A stretch of 64,000 nt of DNA, from the NCBI GenBank assembly GCA_965229245.1, contig CBDDIW010000005.1:334618-398617 (forward strand), given 5' to 3'. Shown piece after piece: positions 9,497-18,668 of this stretch (its first letter is position 1; each line of letters starts with the position of its first letter). The DNA is from Verrucomicrobiales bacterium (GTDB taxonomy: Bacteria > Verrucomicrobiota > Verrucomicrobiia > Verrucomicrobiales > V1-33). A program made the translations under genes and the position numbers. A model generated the notes under the pieces. The model worked only from the letters and a program-made list of their open reading frames with translations, was not told the origin of the DNA and did not search any database.

Positions 9497-10489
9497 ATGG
9501 CCATCAGTGAAAAGATCAATCCGGTCGAGTGGGCCGAACGCACGGCCCAGCGGCTGCGCTGGGCCTATGCCAGTACCGCGGATCTGGGACCCACCCCCCA
9601 GCAGGCGCACCTCGCGGCGGAGATGGAACACCTGGCCGCCGAGCTCCCCGCCAATGGCCGCCGCGAGTGCCTGAAGGAACTGCTTTCCCGTTTCCCCGGC
9701 CTGGAGCGCGCGCCGGCGGACATCACCGCCTCCGCGGGCATGCCTTTTGTAATGCCGCCCTCCTCCCCGGAGGATCTGGCCACGCAGCTGGCGGACTCCT
9801 GGGCGACGATGGATGCAGAGCAAAAGTCCCGCGTGCAGGCCAGGCTCACCGCCGCCGGCATCGTCAGCAAACCTGCGGAGCGGCCCTCCCGCCTCGCGGG
9901 TGGCCTCGTGGCCATGGACCCGGCCAGGGAACAAATGGCCGTCCTGAAAATCGAAGTTCTCAAGGCCCGGCTGGAAATCGACGACCTGGACTCCGTGCGT
10001 CCCCTGGATCTCTACTGGATCTTCAGCATCATGGACGTGCTGCTCCAGCACACCGAGCAGATGGACCGCTTGGTTTCCACCATCTGGCCGTTGTGGAAAA
10101 AGATCGCCCCGGCCTCCCGCATCCAATCGCCGCCTGGCCGCAGCATTCTCGTGCAGGCCATGCGGGATTTCCTCACCGGCCAGGACCGGGAGACCCTGGA
10201 CAAACAGCTTACCTCCCACGAGTCCGCCGTGCGGCTCATGGTGGCCATCGTAAGCGCCATCGGAGCCGGGGGCCGGAATTTCGCCTCCCAGCTCAGCCAT
10301 TCCCAGGCCCCGGAGCATATCATGCGTGAGGCCCGGGCCGCGCGCATCAAGGGCAATGCCCAGGAGGCCGCGTGGTCCTATTACGAACAGTTGAGCAATG
10401 ACTTCACCCCGCAGGTGCTGGAAAACATGCTCCGCGAGGCCATCGCCCACGCCGCCGAGGAACTCTTCCGGTCCAAACCCGCCTGGTAA
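9497..10489 (+). CDS. Hypothetical protein, T6SS-operon associated (no recognisable domain)
   Basis: 330-aa ORF with no signal peptide or TM helix. It is wedged between the STAS-OmpA gene (23-bp gap) and tssK (21-bp gap). Composition looks coding, unlike the Arg/Gly-rich antisense ORFs. Confidence 0.6.
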   Translation: MAISEKINPVEWAERTAQRLRWAYASTADLGPTPQQAHLAAEMEHLAAELPANGRRECLKELLSRFPGLERAPADITASAGMPFVMPPSSPEDLATQLADSWATMDAEQKSRVQARLTAAGIVSKPAERPSRLAGGLVAMDPAREQMAVLKIEVLKARLEIDDLDSVRPLDLYWIFSIMDVLLQHTEQMDRLVSTIWPLWKKIAPASRIQSPPGRSILVQAMRDFLTGQDRETLDKQLTSHESAVRLMVAIVSAIGAGGRNFASQLSHSQAPEHIMREARAARIKGNAQEAAWSYYEQLSNDFTPQVLENMLREAIAHAAEELFRSKPAW

Positions 10490-10510
10490 CCGCTTTCCCA
10501 TCCCCCCGCA

Positions 10511-11893
10511 ATGTCTTCTCAAATCCACTGGCACGAAGGACTTTTTCTCCAACCCCAGCATCTCCAGACGCTGCAGCGGGGAGCCTATAAGACCATCTTT
10601 GGCGAGCGCCGCTTTTCCATGACCTATCCCTACGGGGTCATCGAAGCCCGGCTCGCCGTGGACGATCTGGAGGACCACCGCATCCGGTTTGACAAGCTGC
10701 ACATCGCCCTGCCCAGCGGGGCCATCTTCCGTTATCCGGAGGACGCGGAGTTGCCCAGTCTGGATATCAAAGCCGCCTTCCGCGAGCGTGGCGAAGACTT
10801 CATGATCTACCTCGCCGTCCCGGTGTGGCTGGACGAGCGTCCTAACGTAATCGAATACGGCGCGGGCGTGCCGGGCCAGCGGCAGAAGATCATCTATCAG
10901 GTGGGGGAAACGGAGGTCTGTGATGAAAACACGGGCCGTAACAAACAGCCCATGCAGGTGCGCCGCTTGAACGGCATGCTGATGTTCGAAGACGAGGACT
11001 TTTCGGACACGGAATACGTGCCGCTCCTCCGCGTCATGCGCCAGGTTTCGGACGGAGCCGCCGGGCTGCCGCGGATGAATCCGCGCTACGTCCCGCCCAC
11101 GCTGCTCATGCGTGGCTCGCCGCCGCTCATGCAACTGGTGAGGGACCTCACCGCCCAGGTGGCCGCTACCCGGGATCAACTGGCGAACCACCTGGCTCAC
11201 ACCCCGCTGGACCTTCGCAACCTCCAGGGCATGCAGTTCGAGCAGATGGCGCGACTCCGCTGCCTGCACCGGGCCACCGGTCAGTTGTTCAGCCTCATCG
11301 ATACCGCCGAGGGCCGCGTGCCGCCGTTCGAGGTCTATCTGGAAATGCGCTCGCTCCTGAATGAACTGGAGTCCCTCTATCCTGCCCGGGCGGAATGGAA
11401 CTGCGCGGCCTATGATCATGACAACCCCTGGATGCCGTTCCAGGAGCTGGACACGAAGATCCGTTCCTATCTGGGCGGCGTGGTGAAGCCCCGCTACCGG
11501 AAGGTGGAGTTCCGCTACGCGGATGGCTACTTCACCGGGGATCTCACGCCGGACTTCTTCCCGGACGCCACCGGCTTCTACCTCTCCGTGGAAACCGCCA
11601 TGGACCCCGCGCAACTGGTGCGCCTCATCGAGGACAGCGACCACTTCAAGCTCATGCCCGTGAGCTTCGGCCCGCGGGCCATCCGGGGGCTCTCCCTCAA
11701 GGAGGAGCGGAATCCCCCGTTCGAACTGCCGGTGAAAGCGCGTGTGTACTACTACCGGGTAAACATCGATGGCAGCCGCCGCATCTGGGAGCAATTCATC
11801 CGCGAGCCCCAGGCCATCATTCACTTCGAGTCCCCGGACCGGGCGAAGTTCCAGTTCATCCTTTACGCCACCGTGCCCACACCCCTGGCCTGA
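10511..11893 (+). CDS. tssK: Type VI secretion system baseplate subunit TssK (ImpJ/VasE family)
   Basis: Canonical TssK N-terminus MSSQIHWHEGLFLQPQHLQTLQR...YPYGV...LPSGAIFRYPEDAELPSLDI...IYLAVP. Length 460 aa. Located immediately upstream of tssL/tssM. Confidence 0.9.
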   Translation: MSSQIHWHEGLFLQPQHLQTLQRGAYKTIFGERRFSMTYPYGVIEARLAVDDLEDHRIRFDKLHIALPSGAIFRYPEDAELPSLDIKAAFRERGEDFMIYLAVPVWLDERPNVIEYGAGVPGQRQKIIYQVGETEVCDENTGRNKQPMQVRRLNGMLMFEDEDFSDTEYVPLLRVMRQVSDGAAGLPRMNPRYVPPTLLMRGSPPLMQLVRDLTAQVAATRDQLANHLAHTPLDLRNLQGMQFEQMARLRCLHRATGQLFSLIDTAEGRVPPFEVYLEMRSLLNELESLYPARAEWNCAAYDHDNPWMPFQELDTKIRSYLGGVVKPRYRKVEFRYADGYFTGDLTPDFFPDATGFYLSVETAMDPAQLVRLIEDSDHFKLMPVSFGPRAIRGLSLKEERNPPFELPVKARVYYYRVNIDGSRRIWEQFIREPQAIIHFESPDRAKFQFILYATVPTPLA

Positions 11894-11899
11894 TCCTCC

Positions 11900-12607
11900 A
11901 TGAATGCGCTCCAGCTCTACGAGCCCCTCCTGCTGTATGTCTGCAAGGTGAACCGTCTCGTGCGGAACGGGGTGCCCCTTTCCTTCGGTCAGGTCCGCGG
12001 CGAGGTCATGGGCCTGCTGGGGGATGCCGATGCCAAAGCGGAGGAGGATCCCACGCTGCGGGACCACCACCGGGCACTGCGCGCGCCCATCACGTATTTC
12101 ATCGATGACCTCTTCGCCCAGGGCCGCTACAGTTTTGCCTCCCGCTGGCATGAAAGCCGGCTGGGTTTTGTGAAGGACGGCCTGGCGGGTGACGAGGCGT
12201 TTTTCGATTACCTGGACGAAGCCATCCGGAAGCCGCCGTCAGAGGCGCTTTCCCAGCAGCTCCTCGTGTATTACACCTGCCTCGGCCTCGGCTTCGAGGG
12301 GTTTTATTTCAATCAGCCGGACCGCCTCCGGCAGTATATGAAAGCCCTGGAGCCCGCCGTCCGCCACTACCTCGTGGATGACAGCGTGCCCCGCCTGGTG
12401 CCCCAGGCTTATGAGTACACAGACCAGCGGGATTTCGTCCATCCTCCCCAGTTGAAGAAGGCGCTCATTCTCGCGGGCGTGCTCTGTCTGCTGCTGGCCG
12501 GGATTCCCTTATTCCTTTACCTGGGCAAGCAGATCCTGGCCAATGAAGACCCCGCGCTGAGACAGATTTTCGAATCCCACCAGGGAACGCGCCCCGCCAC
12601 TCCCTGA
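11900..12607 (+). CDS. tssL: Type VI secretion membrane subunit TssL (DotU family), without a C-terminal peptidoglycan-binding extension
   Basis: DotU-like core (LYEPLLLYVCKVNRL..., DEAFFDYLDEAI, LLVYYTCLGLGFEGFY) and a single C-terminal TM helix ALILAGVLCLLLAGIPLFLYL. A 6-bp gap follows tssK. Confidence 0.85.
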   Translation: MNALQLYEPLLLYVCKVNRLVRNGVPLSFGQVRGEVMGLLGDADAKAEEDPTLRDHHRALRAPITYFIDDLFAQGRYSFASRWHESRLGFVKDGLAGDEAFFDYLDEAIRKPPSEALSQQLLVYYTCLGLGFEGFYFNQPDRLRQYMKALEPAVRHYLVDDSVPRLVPQAYEYTDQRDFVHPPQLKKALILAGVLCLLLAGIPLFLYLGKQILANEDPALRQIFESHQGTRPATP

Positions 12608-12675
12608 CTCCTGGAGACTCCGCTCCTCTCTTTAGATTTTTTCCATCCTCACGGCACCTCTGAATTCCCTCGTAT

Positions 12676-15600
12676 ATGGCTAACATACCGAGACCGCATA
12701 TCAACAAGCCGCAGATGGAGACATTCCATCGGGGCCACGCCACCTCCGCGCTGTGGACCGCCCTCCCGGGGCCGGTGACCATGATTTACTCCATGATCGC
12801 GGCGGGCTCCATCACCGGCATGGCGTGGTATCTCGGGGACACCTATGCCGATGGAAAGGGCTCCACCTGGACGTTCATCGCCATCGGCGTCATGACGGTG
12901 ATCGCGCTCATCCTTCTGCTGATCCGGGTGAGCCGTGCCAAAAAGCAGTCACGGATGGCGGGTTCCTTCGAGGAGGCGGTAAAAGGCAGCGCGGCGGGCT
13001 GGGATGGTGGTGGCGCCGCGGGCACGGACCCGGCGGAAATGGCCCGTCTGGACAATCTGCGGAAGCAGTTTCAGAAGGGCATCGACTCCTTCCGGGAGTA
13101 TGGGAAAGACTTCTATTCCCTGCCCTGGTATGTGATGGTGGGCGAACCCGGAAGCGGTAAAACCGAGGCCATCCGCCACAGCGATCTCCGGTTTCCCGAA
13201 ACCCTCCAGGACATGCTCCAGGGCACTGGGGGCACTTACAGCATGGACTGGTGGTTTACGAACCAGGCCGTGCTCCTGGACACCGCGGGGGCCATGCTCA
13301 TGAACCCCGAGGCCACGAAGCGCTTCGAGGAATTCCTGAAACTGCTGCGCACCTACCGCCCGGACTGCCCGGTGAACGGGATCATCCTGGCCATCCCGGT
13401 GGACAGCCTTCTCGCGGACAATGCCGCGAAGCTGGAGGAAAAGGCCAAGCGCATTTCCCAGCAGTTCGGCATCATTCAAAAGGCGCTGGATGTCCGCTTT
13501 CCCATTTATCTCATGGTCACAAAAAGTGACCGCCTACCGGGCTTCCGGGAATTCTCCGATGCCGCCGGGCAACAGACCTTCGACCGCGAAATGTTGGGCT
13601 GGTCGAATCCCGCGGACCTCGACACCCCGTTCGACCCCGCGAACATCGGGTCCGCGTTGCAAGCCATCGCCACGCGGCTTCAGGCCCGGAGCCTGGCGCT
13701 GCTGGCCGATCCCATCCCGCGCCAGGCGGGGAACCGGCGGGTGGACGAAGTGGACAGCCTCTATGGTTTCCCCTCCACCATCCTCTCCCTGGAGCCCCGG
13801 CTGCGGCGTTACCTGGAGATCATCTTTCAGACGGGCACCTGGGCCACGCTGCCCCCCTTCTTCCGCGGGGTGTATTTCACCTCCGCCATGAACGAAGGGG
13901 CCGCGCTGGATGAACAACTGGCCTCCGCGCTGGGCATGTCCATCGAGACCCTGCCAGGAGGAGGTCTCTTCAACCGGGACAAGTCCGTCTATCTGCGCGA
14001 TGTTTTCACCGAAAAGGTCTTTCGGGAACGGGGCCTCGTCACACGTCTGAAGGACATCGGGAAGGCCCTGCGGCGGAAGCTGGTGTGGTTCTACACCACC
14101 GCCGCCATTCTCCTGATGCTGCTGCTCGGCGTGGCCTGGCTGGAGAAACGGAAGATCGACCAGGAACTGCTCCTGGAACAGGAGAACTGGCGGGTGGCCA
14201 ATGCCACCTGGGGAAATGGGGCCTTCCTTCCCATCGTGATCCGCACGGAAAGTCCGGACGTGCCGGGGGTGTCCAAAGCCCGTCCACGCTGGACCGCCGC
14301 CTGGCAGGGCGAAAACGCCCGGGTCTGGAAAAAGCTGGGAGACGGGGACAAGGACAACCTGACCAAAGTCGAATTCCTCGCCTATCTGGAACAACGCACC
14401 GCGAAGGGCCTGCCTGGCGCGGCGATTTTCCACGTCCTGCCTTCCATCAAGGACTTCGAACGCCGGCGCCGCGTGGCCTGTCTGGCGGTGTATGAGGGCA
14501 GCGTGCTCAAGCCGGTGCTCGAAGGCGTGCGGGAAAAGATCGTATGGGACGCCCGCGACGCGGAGGCCCGGAATCAGCACCGCGCTGACGCTCCTCCCTC
14601 CGATCCAGAACAGGACCGCCGCCTCGCCGGTGCCTATGACGCCCTGGTGCGGCTGGAGGCCACTCTGCAAGCCCATGCCGCCGGAGAGAAGATCGAGAGA
14701 TGGAAGGCGGACGACTACCGGAAAATCCTGGAGCCCATGCTGCTCTATCTCTGCCCGCCGTCAGCGGATGGAAAGAATGCGAATCTGAACGCCTCCCTCA
14801 CTTCCAACGCCGCCGCGGATCTGGCGGACATCGCGGAACGCCTTTACGCGGGCTCTCTGTTCGGAAACAAAAAGGGTACGGAAAGCCTCGAAACCCGAAC
14901 CTGGCTGAAGACGCCGGACGACGGCGCGAACAATTCGCTGGGGCGTCTAGCGCTGGAAAAAGGACTGGAAGCCATCCTCGGCACGGGCGGGGTGGCGCAA
15001 ACAGCGGTAGAGTCCGAAGGTGACCGGAAACAGCTTCAGGCGGAAAAGGAAAACGCCCTGAAACTCTTTGAGGAGGCGGAGGACCAACTGGGCGGCCTCA
15101 CGGCGGCCAATGCTACCCGCGCGGTGATCACGGACTCTCTGGTGACTCTCCGCGGGCACCTCGAAAGCCTGGATACCGCCCGCGGAAAGCTGGGCGATGC
15201 CTCGAAGCTGACGGGCATGAGCCGTTCCGATCTCTCCATCCTCTGCAAGTCGCTCAAAACAAGTCTGGATCTCCTGACAGAAGCGCAGATGCCCGCCCAC
15301 CTGCGGCCCGTGTACGCGAAGGCCGGGGATGTGCTGAAATCCAGCCCCGCCCCTGTCTCTCCGCTCACCCCGGAACCCGGCGCGGGCGACGAAAAGGAAA
15401 AAGCCGTGACGGGCAAAACGGCTTCTCCCGAGGACGCCGCGCGCATCCGGTTTGAAACCTATCAAAAGCGGCTCACCCAGGCGGACAAGATCCAGGCATC
15501 CACCCTGACGATCGATCTCGTGGGCCGGCTCGAAGCCGAGGCCCTGGGCATCAATCAGAAAGTGGAAGCTGCCCGTGCCGCGGCAAAGCTGGAATACGAC

Positions 15601-16416
15601 GGCCCGCGCAAAGAGGAATGTGGTAAAGCCTGCGCCGCCATCGATCTCTGCATGGGGGAAATCGCCACGGGGAAACTGCTCAAGGCCTACACGGAGGTGC
15701 TGCGCGCCTTCCTGGACCCGCGGCTGAAGTTCCCCCTCGTGCGGACCGCTAACAAAGACCGCCGGTTTACCCTGCCGGAGTTCAAACCCGCGATCGAATC
15801 CCTGGGGAAAGTGGAAAAGGACCGGCTGTTCTTCGACTCCGCTCCCGCGGGCTTCCGGGCCAGCCAGGGCGCGGATGTGCTGGCCAAATACTTCGAAGCC
15901 TTCAACGATGTCATGACCATCGCCAAGGTGCTCAAACCGGACAACGCCTCCCAGCCGGCCGGTGACGGGCTTTATGCGAAGCGCAGTTTTGTGAAACCGG
16001 CGGAGAAGAAGAACGTGCCGGTGGTGCCGATGATCGACCCCATCACCCGCCAGCCCATTCCCCCGCAGACGACACCGGAGGCAGTGGATGTGGGCGTGAC
16101 CGTGGCCTCCGTGAGCCAGGGCGGGTTCGTGCTCATCGGGGAAACCGGGGCGGCGGTTTCCAAGAAGATCAATCCTAACAAGCCCATCCAGATCCAGGTG
16201 CAGCGCCAGATGGACGTCCGCGCCCTCCAGCCGGAGACGCAGACCCGCACCATTCCGGAACGGGCGGACAATGATCCATGGGGTCTCATCAACTGGTGGA
16301 TCGATAACAAGACCGACCACCAGATACAGGTGCTGGGAATTGTGTTCGGCATCGAGGCCTCCCCTTCCCTGCCCTCCGTCTGGCCGGTGCGCCGCTCCTT
16401 CGGCCTGAATGACTAG
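12676..16416 (+). CDS. tssM: Type VI secretion membrane subunit TssM (IcmF family)
   Basis: N-terminal TM helices, Walker A GEPGSGKT, the IcmF signature WWFTNQAVLLDTAG, and a third TM helix LVWFYTTAAILLMLLLGVAWL. Roughly 1200 aa. Start uncertain; alternatives are ATG 12715 or 12781 (MIYSMIAAG). Confidence 0.9.
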   Translation: MANIPRPHINKPQMETFHRGHATSALWTALPGPVTMIYSMIAAGSITGMAWYLGDTYADGKGSTWTFIAIGVMTVIALILLLIRVSRAKKQSRMAGSFEEAVKGSAAGWDGGGAAGTDPAEMARLDNLRKQFQKGIDSFREYGKDFYSLPWYVMVGEPGSGKTEAIRHSDLRFPETLQDMLQGTGGTYSMDWWFTNQAVLLDTAGAMLMNPEATKRFEEFLKLLRTYRPDCPVNGIILAIPVDSLLADNAAKLEEKAKRISQQFGIIQKALDVRFPIYLMVTKSDRLPGFREFSDAAGQQTFDREMLGWSNPADLDTPFDPANIGSALQAIATRLQARSLALLADPIPRQAGNRRVDEVDSLYGFPSTILSLEPRLRRYLEIIFQTGTWATLPPFFRGVYFTSAMNEGAALDEQLASALGMSIETLPGGGLFNRDKSVYLRDVFTEKVFRERGLVTRLKDIGKALRRKLVWFYTTAAILLMLLLGVAWLEKRKIDQELLLEQENWRVANATWGNGAFLPIVIRTESPDVPGVSKARPRWTAAWQGENARVWKKLGDGDKDNLTKVEFLAYLEQRTAKGLPGAAIFHVLPSIKDFERRRRVACLAVYEGSVLKPVLEGVREKIVWDARDAEARNQHRADAPPSDPEQDRRLAGAYDALVRLEATLQAHAAGEKIERWKADDYRKILEPMLLYLCPPSADGKNANLNASLTSNAAADLADIAERLYAGSLFGNKKGTESLETRTWLKTPDDGANNSLGRLALEKGLEAILGTGGVAQTAVESEGDRKQLQAEKENALKLFEEAEDQLGGLTAANATRAVITDSLVTLRGHLESLDTARGKLGDASKLTGMSRSDLSILCKSLKTSLDLLTEAQMPAHLRPVYAKAGDVLKSSPAPVSPLTPEPGAGDEKEKAVTGKTASPEDAARIRFETYQKRLTQADKIQASTLTIDLVGRLEAEALGINQKVEAARAAAKLEYDGPRKEECGKACAAIDLCMGEIATGKLLKAYTEVLRAFLDPRLKFPLVRTANKDRRFTLPEFKPAIESLGKVEKDRLFFDSAPAGFRASQGADVLAKYFEAFNDVMTIAKVLKPDNASQPAGDGLYAKRSFVKPAEKKNVPVVPMIDPITRQPIPPQTTPEAVDVGVTVASVSQGGFVLIGETGAAVSKKINPNKPIQIQVQRQMDVRALQPETQTRTIPERADNDPWGLINWWIDNKTDHQIQVLGIVFGIEASPSLPSVWPVRRSFGLND

Positions 16417-16428
16417 TCCCTGACTTCC

Positions 16429-17430
16429 ATGAATACCGTCGCCGCCGCCTTTCTCGCTGACTCCCTGCCGCCTGGCGCGGCGGCCCGGGTGGCGATCTTC
16501 GGAAAGCATCCCGCCGCGGCGGATCACCTGGAGGACGCGGGGCTTTCCACCCTGTCCCTGGTGCAGTTCAAACAGGGGCTGTATGTGGAGGGGCTGGGGG
16601 AAATCCTGGCGCGCAAACGCTGGGAAAAGGATCTGGAGGACACTCCGGACCACGTACCGTGGGGTCACGGCATCGTCTGTGCCGGTCCCGCGGGATGGCT
16701 GGTGGCTTACCTCACCGCGTCCTCGGATGCCAAGGGACGGCGTCAGTATCCGCTGGTGGCCGCGGGGCATATGACGGGATTTCGCGCCGCGGCTTCTGCG
16801 GGAGAGGCGGGCGACATTCTCCGGCAGATCCTGCGCCAGGCCCAGGGCGCGGGCTCGATGGATGCCCTCCGGACCGCCCAGGTTTCCGGGCAGCGCCAGT
16901 TGGAGGAAAAGATGAGCTTCGCCTCCTCCGCGGCGGCGGGCACCTCCGTGCGGCTCCGGATGCTGGAAGGCAGCGGCTGCGGCCCGGAATCCGATGCCCT
17001 CGCCCGCGTGCTGCATTCACTTTCCCCGCAAGGAGCCGGCACGGGCCGCGCGCGCGTCCGGCAGAGCACGGCCATTACCGCCTTCCACGCGCTCCTCTGG
17101 ACGGCGCTGGTGCGTTCCGTGCTTCATCTGGAGCGCCATCCTGTCTGCATGACCTGGCAGCAGGGGGACTCGCTGGGGGACATCACCCTGGGGGATCCCG
17201 GAGCGCGGACGTTGCAGAACCTGTTTTCCCCGGAGACCGCCGTCCCGCTCACGGCCTGCGTGCCTTATTCCATCGAGGAGCAGCAGCAGGAAGCCTGGAG
17301 CGAAAGCGTGCAGGCCTGGCTGGATGCGCCGGAGTTTCTGGCGGCTCCGGAAGCCGCCTCCGGCGGTTCCGTCATCAAGAGCATGTTCCGCTCCGTGGGT
17401 GGCTTTTTCAGACCGCGGCATAAATCCTAA
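16429..17430 (+). CDS. tagF: TagF-like type VI secretion-associated protein (DUF2094 family)
   Basis: N-terminal VAIFGKHPAAADHLE resembles the TagF GK-P--GDF motif. The position directly after tssM (12-bp gap) is typical for tagF. The rest of the protein is not diagnostic by eye. Confidence 0.55.
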   Translation: MNTVAAAFLADSLPPGAAARVAIFGKHPAAADHLEDAGLSTLSLVQFKQGLYVEGLGEILARKRWEKDLEDTPDHVPWGHGIVCAGPAGWLVAYLTASSDAKGRRQYPLVAAGHMTGFRAAASAGEAGDILRQILRQAQGAGSMDALRTAQVSGQRQLEEKMSFASSAAAGTSVRLRMLEGSGCGPESDALARVLHSLSPQGAGTGRARVRQSTAITAFHALLWTALVRSVLHLERHPVCMTWQQGDSLGDITLGDPGARTLQNLFSPETAVPLTACVPYSIEEQQQEAWSESVQAWLDAPEFLAAPEAASGGSVIKSMFRSVGGFFRPRHKS

Positions 17431-17440
17431 CCAACACGCT

Positions 17441-18463
17441 ATGGACCTCCAGTCACTGAAATCCCCTGTCAGCCCGTCCGCGCCCTGCGGGGTGGACCTC
17501 GAAAACAACTACGACCCGCGCTGGGCGCAGTTGAACACGCTCGCCGCCGGCGAGAAACGGGAGGGCATCACCTATCCGCCCAAGTGGCAGGATGTGCGGG
17601 ATCTCGCCCTGGAGCTGGCCGCGGAGACGCGGCATCTGCGCCTGGGGGTCATCCTCACGGAATGCGCCACGTTCCTCCAGGGGGTCGCGGGTCTGCGGGA
17701 CGGCCTCAGCCTGCTCCGCTACTGGTGCGAAAACTTCTGGGACGATGTCTATCCCGCCGGGGAACTGGAGGATAAACGGGACTTCCGCCCGCCGGTGATC
17801 GAGGCGCTGAATTACCCCTCATTCCTCGTGAAACTGCTGGCCGTGCCGGTCTCGCAGTCCGCGGGTGGGCGGTTCAGCATCGGGGAACTGGAGGCTTCGG
17901 AAAATCCCTCCGGCGATGCGGATGACGCCAATACCGCGAAACTGGTGCAGGGCGGATTCAAGAACACGCCCCTGGACATCGTCACGGCGGCACACACGGC
18001 GCTCACGGAGTCCCTGGATAACGCCCGGGCCATTGAGGATGTGTTCGATGAAAAATTCGGCAGCGGCTACGGGGTGAATCTAGCGGACCTTCGGGACCAG
18101 CTCAGCCGCATGGCCCGGAAGATCGCTCCTTATTGTGCCACCGAGGCCGAAGCCGCGGGCGGCGAGACCGGGTGGGGCGATTCCTCCGCAGATGGTGGTG
18201 GTTACGCCACGGCTGCAGGTGGCGGTGGGGGCATCGCGGTGGGAGCCATCAATTCCCGGGACGCCGCGGTGAAAGCGCTGGATAAGATCATCTCCTGGTT
18301 CGAGCTCAATGAACCCTCGAATCCCGTTCCCTTCCTGCTCCGCCGCGCCCAGCGCTGCGCCGGCATGAACTTCTTCGAGCTCATCAATGAACTCGCCAAC
18401 GACCGCGCGCAGGCGGAACTGATCCTGAAACCGGATCCACCCGCGGAGCCGGTCTATCAATAA
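17441..18463 (+). CDS. tssA: Type VI secretion protein TssA (ImpA N-terminal domain family)
   Basis: ImpA_N-like SPVSPSAPCGVDLENNYDP...WQDVRDLALELAAETRHLRLGVILTECATFLQGVAGLRDGLSLLRYWCENFWDDVYP. TssA-type C-terminus NPVPFLLRRAQRCAGMNFFELINEL. Start set at ATG 17441 (MDLQSL), 10 bp after tagF. Confidence 0.8.
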   Translation: MDLQSLKSPVSPSAPCGVDLENNYDPRWAQLNTLAAGEKREGITYPPKWQDVRDLALELAAETRHLRLGVILTECATFLQGVAGLRDGLSLLRYWCENFWDDVYPAGELEDKRDFRPPVIEALNYPSFLVKLLAVPVSQSAGGRFSIGELEASENPSGDADDANTAKLVQGGFKNTPLDIVTAAHTALTESLDNARAIEDVFDEKFGSGYGVNLADLRDQLSRMARKIAPYCATEAEAAGGETGWGDSSADGGGYATAAGGGGGIAVGAINSRDAAVKALDKIISWFELNEPSNPVPFLLRRAQRCAGMNFFELINELANDRAQAELILKPDPPAEPVYQ

Positions 18464-18528
18464 AGGGCCACGAAACAGCCCGGCGGACGCTTTCATTTTA
18501 TATTCATAAAAATTGCGTTAGTAACCAT

Positions 18529-18591
18529 CCCGCCCCTGACCTGGTCATAGGAAGGCCTCCTATACACCGGACAGCGGGCGGGTATTTTATT
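18529..18591 (+). terminator. Composite stem-loop plus T-rich tail downstream of tssA (possible operon terminator)
   Basis: Outer stem CCCGCCC(CTG)...(CAG)CGGGCGGG encloses an inner hairpin ATAGGA-AGGCC-TCCTAT and is followed by TATTTTATT. It begins 66 nt after the tssA stop. Confidence 0.4.
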
Positions 18592-18668
18592 GCCTTCCCC
18601 CGGGTAATTTCTCATATTGCGGCCTGTAGAGAACAGGACCCCGTTTCGCCTGTTCATACAAAAACCCC

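Noticed and set aside
9389-12151. 920-aa minus-strand ORF overlapping the hypothetical gene, tssK and tssL. Similar very long ORFs occur at 30700..34302 (+), 59803..63054 (-), 14947..17016 (-), 35121..37436 (+), 41256..43364 (+), 47626..49149 (-), 50317..52191 (+) and 57956..60454 (upstream part).
   Set aside because: These are antisense shadows of well-supported genes in high-GC DNA. Their translations are Arg/Gly/Pro/His-rich low-complexity strings with no recognisable motifs. The opposite strand encodes proteins with clear family signatures.
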